From Balanoglossus misakiensis (lineage: Eukaryota > Animalia > Hemichordata), in assembly GCA_040954595.2 (NCBI GenBank), contig CM082587.2:11835262-11899261 (forward strand): a DNA stretch of 64,000 nt, given 5' to 3'. The position numbers and the translations under genes were made by a program. The notes under the pieces are model-generated. The model did not search any database and had not been told where the DNA came from. It saw only the letters and a program-made list of their open reading frames with translations. Below, one piece after another: positions 24,336-36,200 of the stretch. Each line of letters starts with the position of its first letter. The stretch's first letter is position 1.

Positions 24336-25242
24336 GGCATTAACACATCAACGCTTCGGGATGTCGTAACGGCGGCAAGGCGGGGGGGGGGGGGGGGGGG
24401 CGTGAAAATGTTTGTATCAGGAACAAAATTCCCGTGCAAATCACCTTGATCCGGGTGGGTGGACTATTCGCGACAAATGTTGAAATCATACAAAGCATTT
24501 TACTTAATTAACCCATTTTTTTCATTTATTTGTTTACAGTTTACAACGTCATAGAGAAGTTGAACTAGAGACTGGATCAGCGTGGGTGACACCATAGTAC
24601 ACCAATGTTTTCTTCAGTTTGATTCAATTGTAATTTAAAACTGAGATTGCCTAACGCTTTCCCAGATTTTTTTAACCACTGAGAAACTGTGGGTTTTTTT
24701 CTGGGTTTTGGTGCGAGGTGATCTCAGTCAGTGGTGTTAATTTAATTAATCATTTTCTTTTCCTATTTACGTCGACTGAAATGTATTTTGATAGGTGATA
24801 GTCATACCATAAAAAAATCTTACGGCGCGACTGCCAAAATGTACATTTATTTGTCCGTTCCAAGTTATTTTGTGTATGTGTGATGGGTGCCGGTGACTGT
24901 GCAGGGTTGATTTCCCTAGAGCGACTGTTATATTCGTTTTCCAACGATGATGAATTTACATGTTATTTGCTTGGCATTTTGACGCAGAGACACTTCTGAA
25001 AACACAAACCTATTAATTATGCCACGGGTGTAAATTGATCACATTAAAAGAGGCTTTAGACGTTTGCCGCGAGCTCCTGGTGGGCAGAATCTTGTCAGCC
25101 CAAATTTGACTATAAGTACATAGCCAATGATGTGACGCTCTCCCACATCCTTCGCCGCGCCTTTTCGCTGATTTACAGCATCTTGCGTAAACACTGTCAT
25201 TTGATCTTGCTTGGCAGAAGTCAACTTGCTCTATACTACATT

Positions 25243-25608
25243 ATGGCGGCCAAGCTCAACTGCATATCAGATAATGCCAAGGAGCGTTTGAGAGGCATCC
25301 TCGCCAGAAGGAGTCGCGTTTCCGGTGACTGTGTGCTCTGGACGGGTGCAGCTTGTCGAAACGGCTATGGCTCTATTACGTTCAGAGATGAGAACACTCT
25401 AACCGCCTATGTCCATCACATTGCACTCCTAATTAACGGAGTGCAATTGGTGGGCAGGCGGTTAGAGTGTTCTCATCTTTGCAACGAAAAGCTATGCATC
25501 CGCCCAGAGCACATTGTCCAGGAAACGCGACTCCTAAACATTTCACGAAAGACGTGCTTTAAATCCCCAAAAGGGGAGTGTCACCACGATCCCAGGTGCC
25601 TAAGGTGA
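25243..25608 (+). CDS. His-Cys box / His-Me finger (HNH-like) endonuclease, 121 aa
   Basis: Motifs DCVLWTGA, NGYG, YVHH, ECSHLCNEKLCIRPEHIVQE, NISRKTC and ECHHDPRC match the zinc-binding loop of I-PpoI-like homing endonucleases. ATG at 25243 (ATTATGG). The stop overlaps a possible AG|GTGAGT donor, so a further exon is possible. Confidence 0.85.
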   Translation: MAAKLNCISDNAKERLRGILARRSRVSGDCVLWTGAACRNGYGSITFRDENTLTAYVHHIALLINGVQLVGRRLECSHLCNEKLCIRPEHIVQETRLLNISRKTCFKSPKGECHHDPRCLR

Positions 25609-26592
25609 GTAATCCTCTTCTCATTTGATATGTATTGTGTGACCCTGCAGTTGAAACGCTTTCATCAATAATTTGCGGCGCGTGGGTAATCTCGGTGTTA
25701 TTGACAATGCAGCCGGCCCAAACATTTTTAAATTAACACTGTTTCTGACTGTATTAACGAAATGTCCAATTTGCAAGTAGCCTATAGACAACCCTTTTGA
25801 ATGAGTTTTGTCTCGTTGAGATTTTATACATAAGGAACAATCTAGATTTATTTTAGAAGACACTGTTCTTTTAAAACAGCTAGCATAATACAGCTAAATT
25901 TCGGAATTTCCGGACAATTTTCGGAATTCCTTTTAAATTTGAGAAATTTTTCATCAGATATAAGTGTTACTATTTATTGGACATGTTTTTATCATTGTTT
26001 ACTTTTTAAGGTCATTCTCATCCCCCCCCCCCCCCCCCAAAAAAAAAGCCGCTTTAGGCTTCATGTTCAGTAAAAAATCTGGAAAGTTCAGCTGAATTTT
26101 ACACTGATCACACATTTTTGGGAAGGTCTGGCGCAAAATAAAGGATGACAAATGTAAATCTAATGTCACATTTGTAAACCTCTAAGTATTGTACACTCAT
26201 TCTATTAAGTATATGCAAATAGTACGGATAATTTTTTCGGAATGTGGAATTCCGAAATTAGTTCGGAACGTGTTAGCAGTGAAGAGATCACCACTGAGGG
26301 TTGGAAGGCCTTGCCAGAAATTAACGCGTAAAGTACGCCCTCACAGGCCATGTAAACAAGGTCAAATAAGGCCGTCTGGCAAACGAATGATTAATTCAAC
26401 GCGCCATTTGAGCCGAGCTGAGTTGGTCTGAGTTGCGTATCACACAGACTTAGGCTGAATGTCAGTGGAGTAACCAGTCCGTTTTAGATTTACCAATGAT
26501 GTGAATTTAATTTCTTCACCCAGAAAAACAGAACACAACTTGTCTGCAACATGATGCTGGAGGTGACACATGACAGAGAAGTGGATCCGCGT

Positions 26593-26930
26593 TGTCAACA
26601 CAGATGCCAGCATTCAAAAGGGGAGTGCCACCTGCTAAAATCAACTCATCTGCTGTTGGCCCATTTTACCTGTGGCAACTGTTCAGAGGAGACAACGTTT
26701 ATTCCGTGCAAGCCAACACGCAATGTTGGGGTCTACCTGTCAACACAGATGCAAGCATTCATGTGAGTGAGTATCAGGACTGACCTTGTTTTGCTGAATA
26801 ATTCATAATGCCTATTTTAGAATTCTTAGAGGCATTTGGAGTTCATTGCCTGGTCAACCAAACTACACCCCTTAACAGCTGAAACAAAATGCGTATTGTG
26901 TTCATTCATTCATTGCTTCAATATATATAG
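26593..26930 (+). repeat. Diverged, MITE-free homolog of the satellite monomer inside the element
   Basis: Collinear blocks: CACCTGCTAAAATCAACTCATCTGCTGTTGGCC, GTGGCA, GAGGAGA, ACACAGATGCAAGCATTCATGTGAGTGAGT, TGCCTATTTTAGAATTCTTA, CATTGCCTGGTCA and TTCATTCATTCATTGC..TCAATATAT. Same orientation as the array. Confidence 0.9.
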
Positions 26931-27241
26931 GCAACATGAGTATCAAGTAGCACTATTTGTTTACGATTGTATTCATGAAAACTTCCCACTAACAATTCCA
27001 CAGTTAATATTGAACACATTTATCCAACAAGGTCAAAAGAAAAAGGGAATCTTCTGGTTCCAAAATACGCCACAAATGTGGGTCAACATACAGTGAAATA
27101 TTATGGTGCTCAAATATGCAACATATCAAATCTGTCTCATCAAAGTCATGCTTTAAAAAAGAATTGAAAAGGTATTATTTATCCATTTGACTGCTGTATT
27201 TTCAGAAGGAAAACAAACTGAATTTGGTTTTTCATGTACAA

Positions 27242-30200
27242 ATATTTTCTGTAAAATAGACATTTAATTGGCAAGCCGTCCTGCATCAATTATTAATTGT
27301 GTACATGCACTAAAGCGCCCTCACTGCTGGGTGTGTTGTATGGTCTTTAACCCTGTTTCAAATTAGAGTACTTTCTGCAATTTCAAGACAGATCTTACGT
27401 GCCATTGGAGAGCTCCATTGACTGGTCATTCATACTGTTTTCATTCATTCATTGCGGCATCAATATATTTTATGTATTCTAGCCAAAGAGCTTGGCACCT
27501 GTTGAAATGAACTCATCTGCTGTGGGCCAGTTTATTGGTGGCAGTTGAGCTGAGGAGAGCACCTTCCTTCCCGGCACGCCACCAAGTAAAGTTCCACGCC
27601 GCCCACCACAGATGCCAGCATTCATTCATGCGAGTGAGTGTAATTGCAAATTTGCCTATTCTAGATCTGTAATGGAAATGGAGAAAGTACCTTATATTTT
27701 CTGTAAAATAGACATTTAATTGGCAAGCCGTCCTGCATCAATTATTAATTGTGTACATGCACTAAAGCGCCCTCACTGCTGGGTGTGTTGTATGGTCTTT
27801 AACCCTGTTTCAAATTAGAGTACTTTCTGCAATTTCAAGACAGATCTTACGTGCCATTGGAGAGCTCCATTGACTGGTCATTCATACTGTTTTCATTCAT
27901 TCATTGCGGCATCAATATATTTTATCTATTCTAGCCAAAGAGCTTGGCACCTGTTGAAATGAACTCATCTGCTGTGGGCCAGTTTATTGGTGGCAGTTGA
28001 GCTGAGGAGAGCACCTTCCTTCCCGGCACGCCACCAAGTAAAGTTCCACGCCGCCCACCACAGATGCCAGCATTCATTCATGCGAGTGAGTGTAATTGCA
28101 AATTTGCCTATTCTAGAATTACGTGCCATTGGAGAGCTCCATTGACTGGTCATTCATACTGTTTTCATTCATTCATTGCGGCATCAATATATTTTATCTA
28201 TTCTAGCCAAAGAGCTTGGCACCTGTTGAAATGAACTCATCTGCTGTGGGCCAGTTTATTGGTGGCAGTTGAGCTGAGGAGAGCACCTTCCTTCCCGGCA
28301 CGCCACCAAGTAAAGTTCCACGCCGCCCACCACAGATGCCAGCATTCATTCATGCGAGTGAGTGTAATTGCAAATTTGCCTATTCTAGATCTGTAATGGA
28401 AATGGAGAAAGTACCTTATATTTTCTGTAAAATAGACATTTAATTGGCAAGCCGTCCTGCATCAATTATTAATTGTGTACATGCACTAAAGCGCCCTCAC
28501 TGCTGGGTGTGTTGTATGGTCTTTAACCCTGTTTCAAATTAGAGTACTTTCTGCAATTTCAAGACAGATCTTACGTGCCATTGGAGAGCTCCATTGACTG
28601 GTCATTCATACTGTTTTCATTCATTCATTGCGGCATCAATATATTTTATCTATTCTAGCCAAAGAGCTTGGCACCTGTTGAAATGAACTCATCTGCTGTG
28701 GGCCAGTTTATTGGTGGCAGTTGAGCTGAGGAGAGCACCTTCCTTCCCGGGACGCCACCAAGTAAAGTTCCACGCCGCCCACCACAGATGCCAGCATTCA
28801 TTCATGCGAGTGAGTGTAATTGCAAATTTGCCTATTCTAGATTCTTACGTGCCATTGGAGAGCTCCATTGACTGGTCATTCATACTGTTTTCATTCATTC
28901 ATTGCGGCATCAATATATTTTATCTATTCTAGCCAAAGAGCTTGGCACCTGTTGAAATGAACTCATCTGCTGTGGGCCAGTTTATTGGTGGCAGTTGAGC
29001 TGAGGAGAGCACCTTCCTTCCCGGCACGCCACCAAGTAAAGTTCCACGCCGCCCACCACAGATGCCAGCATTCATTCATGCGAGTGAGTGTAATTGCAAA
29101 TTTGCCTATTCTAGATCTGTAATGGAAATGGAGAAAGTACCTTATATTTTCTGTAAAATAGACATTTAATTGGCAAGCCGTCCTGCATCAATTATTAATT
29201 GTGTACATGCACTAAAGCGCCCTCACTGCTGGGTGTGTTGTATGGTCTTTAACCCTGTTTCAAATTAGAGTACTTTCTGCAATTTCAAGACAGATCTTAC
29301 GTGCCATTGGAGAGCTCCATTGACTGGTCATTCATACTGTTTTCATTCATTCATTGCGGCATCAATATATTTTATCTATTCTAGCCAAAGAGCTTGGCAC
29401 CTGTTGAAATGAACTCATCTGCTGTGGGCCAGTTTATTGGTGGCAGTTGAGCTGAGGAGAGCACCTTCCTTCCCGGCACGCCACCAAGTAAAGTTCCACG
29501 CCGCCCACCACAGATGCCAGCATTCATTCATGCGAGTGAGTGTAATTGCAAATTTGCCTATTCTAGAATTACGTGCCATTGGAGAGCTCCATTGACTGGT
29601 CATTCATACTGTTTTCATTCATTCATTGCGGCATCAATATATTTTATCTATTCTAGCCAAAGAGCTTGGCACCTGTTGAAATGAACTCATCTGCTGTGGG
29701 CCAGTTTATTGGTGGCAGTTGAGCTGAGGAGAGCACCTTCCTTCCCGGCACGCCACCAAGTAAAGTTCCACGCCGCCCACCACAGATGCCAGCATTCATT
29801 CATGCGAGTGAGTGTAATTGCAAATTTGCCTATTCTAGATCTGTAATGGAAATGGAGAAAGTACCTTATATTTTCTGTAAAATAGACATTTAATTGGCAA
29901 GCCGTCCTGCATCAATTATGAATTGTGTACATGCACTAAAGCGCCCTCACTGCTGGGTGTGTTGTATGGTCTTTAACCCTGTTTCAAATTAGAGTACTTT
30001 CTGCAATTTCAAGACAGATCTTACGTGCCATTGGAGAGCTCCATTGACTGGTCATTCATACTGTTTTCATTCATTCATTGCGGCATCAATATATTTTATC
30101 TATTCTAGCCAAAGAGCTTGGCACCTGTTGAAATGAACTCATCTGCTGTGGGCCAGTTTATTGGTGGCAGTTGAGCTGAGGAGAGCACCTTCCTTCCCGG

Positions 30201-33200
30201 CACGCCACCAAGTAAAGTTCCACGCCGCCCACCACAGATGCCAGCATTCATTCATGCGAGTGAGTGTAATTGCAAATTTGCCTATTCTAGATCTGTAATG
30301 GAAATGGAGAAAGTACCTTATATTTTCTGTAAAATAGACATTTAATTGGCAAGCCGTCCTGCATCAATTATTAATTGTGTACATGCACTAAAGCGCCCTC
30401 ACTGCTGGGTGTGTTGTATGGTCTTTAACCCTGTTTCAAATTAGAGTACTTTCTGCAATTTCAAGACAGATCTTACGTGCCATTGGAGAGCTCCATTGAC
30501 TGGTCATTCATACTGTTTTCATTCATTCATTGCGGCATCAATATATTTTATCTATTCTAGCCAAAGAGCTTGGCACCTGTTGAAATGAACTCATCTGCTG
30601 TGGGCCAGTTTATTGGTGGCAGTTGAGCTGAGAAGAGCACCTTCCTTCCCGGCACGCCACCAAGTAAAGTTCCACGCCGCCCACCACAGATGCCAGCATT
30701 CATTCATGCGAGTGAGTGTAATTGCAAATTTGCCTATTCTAGATCTGTAATGGAAATGGAGAAAGTACCTTATATTTTCTGTAAAATAGACATTTAATTG
30801 GCAAGCCGTCCTGCATCAATTATGAATTGTGTACATGCACTAAAGCGCCCTCACTGCTGGGTGTGTTGTATGGTCTTTAACCCTGTTTCAAATTAGAGTA
30901 CTTTCTGCAATTTCAAGACAGATCTTACGTGCCATTGGAGAGCTCCATTGACTGGTCATTCATACTGTTTTCATTCATTCATTGCGGCATCAATATATTT
31001 TATCTATTCTAGCCAAAGAGCTTGGCACCTGTTGAAATGAACTCATCTGCTGTGGGCCAGTTTATTGGTGGCAGTTGAGCTGAGGAGAGCACCTTCCTTC
31101 CCGGCACGCCACCAAGTAAAGTTCCACGCCGCCCACCACAGATGCCAGCATTCATTCATGCGAGTGAGTGTAATTGCAAATTTGCCTATTCTAGATCTGT
31201 AATGGAAATGGAGAAAGTACCTTATATTTTCTGTAAAATAGACATTTAATTGGCAAGCCGTCCTGCATCAATTATGAATTGTGTACATGCACTAAAGCGC
31301 CCTCACTGCTGGGTGTGTTGTATGGTCTTTAACCCTGTTTCAAATTAGAGTACTTTCTGCAATTTCAAGACAGATCTTACGTGCCATTGGAGAGCTCCAT
31401 TGACTGGTCATTCATACTGTTTTCATTCATTCATTGCGGCATCAATATATTTTATCTATTCTAGCCAAAGAGCTTGGCACCTGTTGAAATGAACTCATCT
31501 GCTGTGGGCCAGTTTATTGGTGGCAGTTGAGCTGAGGAGAGCACCTTCCTTCCCGGCACGCCACCAAGTAAAGTTCCACGCCGCCCACCACAGATGCCAG
31601 CATTCATTCATGCGAGTGAGTGTAATTGCAAATTTGCCTATTCTAGATCTGTAATGGAAATGGAGAAAGTACCTTATATTTTCTGTAAAATAGACATTTA
31701 ATTGGCAAGCCGTCCTGCATCAATTATGAATTGTGTACATGCACTAAAGCGCCCTCACTGCTGGGTGTGTTGTATGGTCTTTAACCCTGTTTCAAATTAG
31801 AGTACTTTCTGCAATTTCAAGACAGATCTTACGTGCCATTGGAGAGCTCCATTGACTGGTCATTCATACTGTTTTCATTCATTCATTTCGGCATCAATAT
31901 ATTTTATCTATTCTAGCCAAAGAGCTTGGCACCTGTTGAAATGAACTCATCTGCTGTGGGCCAGTTTATTGGTGGCAGTTGAGCTGAGAAGAGCACCTTC
32001 CTTCCCGGCACGCCACCAAGTAAAGTTCCACGCCGCCCACCACAGATGCCAGCATTCATTCATGCGAGTGAGTGTAATTGCAAATTTGCCTATTCTAGAA
32101 TCTTACGTGCCATTGGAGAGCTCCATTGACTGGTCATTCATACTGTTTTCATTCATTCATTGCGGCATCAATATATTTTATCTATTCTAGCCAAAGAGCT
32201 TGGCACCTGTTGAAATGAACTCATCTGCTGTGGGCCAGTTTATTGGTGGCAGTTGAGCTGAGGAGAGCACCTTCCTTCCCGGGACGCCACCAAGTAAAGT
32301 TCCACGCCGCCCACCACAGATGCCAGCATTCATTCATGCGAGTGAGTGTAATTGCAAATTTGCCTATTCTAGATTCTTACGTGCCATTGGAGAGCTCCAT
32401 TGACTGGTCATTCATACTGTTTTCATTCATTCATTGCGGCATCAATATATTTTATCTATTCTAGCCAAAGAGCTTGGCACCTGTTGAAATGAACTCATCT
32501 GCTGTGGGCCAGTTTATTGGTGGCAGTTGAGCTGAGGAGAGCACCTTCCTTCCCGGCACGCCACCAAGTAAAGTTCCACGCCGCCCACCACAGATGCCAG
32601 CATTCATTCATGCGAGTGAGTGTAATTGCAAATTTGCCTATTCTAGATCTGTAATGGAAATGGAGAAAGTACCTTATATTTTCTGTAAAATAGACATTTA
32701 ATTGGCAAGCCGTCCTGCATCAATTATTAATTGTGTACATGCACTAAAGCGCCCTCACTGCTGGGTGTGTTGTATGGTCTTTAACCCTGTTTCAAATTAG
32801 AGTACTTTCTGCAATTTCAAGACAGATCTTACGTGCCATTGGAGAGCTCCATTGACTGGTCATTCATACTGTTTTCATTCATTCATTGCGGCATCAATAT
32901 ATTTTATCTATTCTAGCCAAAGAGCTTGGCACCTGTTGAAATGAACTCATCTGCTGTGGGCCAGTTTATTGGTGGCAGTTGAGCTGAGGAGAGCACCTTC
33001 CTTCCCGGCACGCCACCAAGTAAAGTTCCACGCCGCCCACCACAGATGCCAGCATTCATTCATGCGAGTGAGTGTAATTGCAAATTTGCCTATTCTAGAA
33101 TTACGTGCCATTGGAGAGCTCCATTGACTGGTCATTCATACTGTTTTCATTCATTCATTGCGGCATCAATATATTTTATCTATTCTAGCCAAAGAGCTTG

Positions 33201-36200
33201 GCACCTGTTGAAATGAACTCATCTGCTGTGGGCCAGTTTATTGGTGGCAGTTGAGCTGAGGAGAGCACCTTCCTTCCCGGCACGCCACCAAGTAAAGTTC
33301 CACGCCGCCCACCACAGATGCCAGCATTCATTCATGCGAGTGAGTGTAATTGCAAATTTGCCTATTCTAGATCTGTAATGGAAATGGAGAAAGTACCTTA
33401 TATTTTCTGTAAAATAGACATTTAATTGGCAAGCCGTCCTGCATCAATTATGAATTGTGTACATGCACTAAAGCGCCCTCACTGCTGGGTGTGTTGTATG
33501 GTCTTTAACCCTGTTTCAAATTAGAGTACTTTCTGCAATTTCAAGACAGATCTTACGTGCCATTGGAGAGCTCCATTGACTGGTCATTCATACTGTTTTC
33601 ATTCATTCATTGCGGCATCAATATATTTTATCTATTCTAGCCAAAGAGCTTGGCACCTGTTGAAATGAACTCATCTGCTGTGGGCCAGTTTATTGGTGGC
33701 AGTTGAGCTGAGGAGAGCACCTTCCTTCCCGGCACGCCACCAAGTAAAGTTCCACGCCGCCCACCACAGATGCCAGCATTCATTCATGCGAGTGAGTGTA
33801 ATTGCAAATTTGCCTATTCTAGATCTGTAATGGAAATGGAGAAAGTACCTTATATTTTCTGTAAAATAGACATTTAATTGGCAAGCCGTCCTGCATCAAT
33901 TATTAATTGTGTACATGCACTAAAGCGCCCTCACTGCTGGGTGTGTTGTATGGTCTTTAACCCTGTTTCAAATTAGAGTACTTTCTGCAATTTCAAGACA
34001 GATCTTACGTGCCATTGGAGAGCTCCATTGACTGGTCATTCATACTGTTTTCATTCATTCATTGCGGCATCAATATATTTTATCTATTCTAGCCAAAGAG
34101 CTTGGCACCTGTTGAAATGAACTCATCTGCTGTGGGCCAGTTTATTGGTGGCAGTTGAGCTGAGAAGAGCACCTTCCTTCCCGGCACGCCACCAAGTAAA
34201 GTTCCACGCCGCCCACCACAGATGCCAGCATTCATTCATGCGAGTGAGTGTAATTGCAAATTTGCCTATTCTAGATCTGTAATGGAAATGGAGAAAGTAC
34301 CTTATATTTTCTGTAAAATAGACATTTAATTGGCAAGCCGTCCTGCATCAATTATGAATTGTGTACATGCACTAAAGCGCCCTCACTGCTGGGTGTGTTG
34401 TATGGTCTTTAACCCTGTTTCAAATTAGAGTACTTTCTGCAATTTCAAGACAGATCTTACGTGCCATTGGAGAGCTCCATTGACTGGTCATTCATACTGT
34501 TTTCATTCATTCATTGCGGCATCAATATATTTTATCTATTCTAGCCAAAGAGCTTGGCACCTGTTGAAATGAACTCATCTGCTGTGGGCCAGTTTATTGG
34601 TGGCAGTTGAGCTGAGGAGAGCACCTTCCTTCCCGGCACGCCACCAAGTAAAGTTCCACGCCGCCCACCACAGATGCCAGCATTCATTCATGCGAGTGAG
34701 TGTAATTGCAAATTTGCCTATTCTAGATCTGTAATGGAAATGGAGAAAGTACCTTATATTTTCTGTAAAATAGACATTTAATTGGCAAGCCGTCCTGCAT
34801 CAATTATGAATTGTGTACATGCACTAAAGCGCCCTCACTGCTGGGTGTGTTGTATGGTCTTTAACCCTGTTTCAAATTAGAGTACTTTCTGCAATTTCAA
34901 GACAGATCTTACGTGCCATTGGAGAGCTCCATTGACTGGTCATTCATACTGTTTTCATTCATTCATTGCGGCATCAATATATTTTATCTATTCTAGCCAA
35001 AGAGCTTGGCACCTGTTGAAATGAACTCATCTGCTGTGGGCCAGTTTATTGGTGGCAGTTGAGCTGAGGAGAGCACCTTCCTTCCCGGCACGCCACCAAG
35101 TAAAGTTCCACGCCGCCCACCACAGATGCCAGCATTCATTCATGCGAGTGAGTGTAATTGCAAATTTGCCTATTCTAGATCTGTAATGGAAATGGAGAAA
35201 GTACCTTATATTTTCTGTAAAATAGACATTTAATTGGCAAGCCGTCCTGCATCAATTATGAATTGTGTACATGCACTAAAGCGCCCTCACTGCTGGGTGT
35301 GTTGTATGGTCTTTAACCCTGTTTCAAATTAGAGTACTTTCTGCAATTTCAAGACAGATCTTACGTGCCATTGGAGAGCTCCATTGACTGGTCATTCATA
35401 CTGTTTTCATTCATTCATTGCGGCATCAATATATTTTATCTATTCTAGCCAAAGAGCTTGGCACCTGTTGAAATGAACTCATCTGCTGTGGGCCAGTTTA
35501 TTGGTGGCAGTTGAGCTGAGGAGAGCACCTTCCTTCCCGGCACGCCACCAAGTAAAGTTCCACGCCGCCCACCACAGATGCCAGCATTCATTCATGCGAG
35601 TGAGTGTAATTGCAAATTTGCCTATTCTAGATCTGTAATGGAAATGGAGAAAGTACCTTATATTTTCTGTAAAATAGACATTTAATTGGCAAGCCGTCCT
35701 GCATCAATTATGAATTGTGTACATGCACTAAAGCGCCCTCACTGCTGGGTGTGTTGTATGGTCTTTAACCCTGTTTCAAATTAGAGTACTTTCTGCAATT
35801 TCAAGACAGATCTTACGTGCCATTGGAGAGCTCCATTGACTGGTCATTCATACTGTTTTCATTCATTCATTGCGGCATCAATATATTTTATCTATTCTAG
35901 CCAAAGAGCTTGGCACCTGTTGAAATGAACTCATCTGCTGTGGGCCAGTTTATTGGTGGCAGTTGAGCTGAGAAGAGCACCTTCCTTCCCGGCACGCCAC
36001 CAAGTAAAGTTCCACGCCGCCCACCACAGATGCCAGCATTCATTCATGCGAGTGAGTGTAATTGCAAATTTGCCTATTCTAGAATCTTACGTGCCATTGG
36101 AGAGCTCCATTGACTGGTCATTCATACTGTTTTCATTCATTCATTGCGGCATCAATATATTTTATCTATTCTAGCCAAAGAGCTTGGCACCTGTTGAAAT

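Larger units (their letters stand above)
19095..27391. mobile_element. ~8.3-kb multi-gene DNA transposon (Sola1-like), candidate autonomous partner of the MITE; right TIR present, left TIR absent
   Basis: Unique gene-bearing sequence 19095-27241 continues into the terminal 150 bp of the MITE (27242-27391, ending ...TTCAAGACAG|ATCT). It encodes transposase halves, a SET protein and an endonuclease. No left TIR at the 19094/19095 junction. Confidence 0.7.

Noticed and set aside
25243-25608. Group I intron hosting the endonuclease
   Set aside because: No rRNA exons or recognisable group I core elements flank the ORF.
23272-26038. Poly-C/poly-G tracts (~23272, ~24382, ~26022)
   Set aside because: Simple homopolymers in intronic or intergenic DNA with no evidence of function.
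24750-27096. Small ORFs at 24750, 25039, 25621, 26189, 26592 and 26836
   Set aside because: Short, no recognisable motifs, AT-rich noncoding context.
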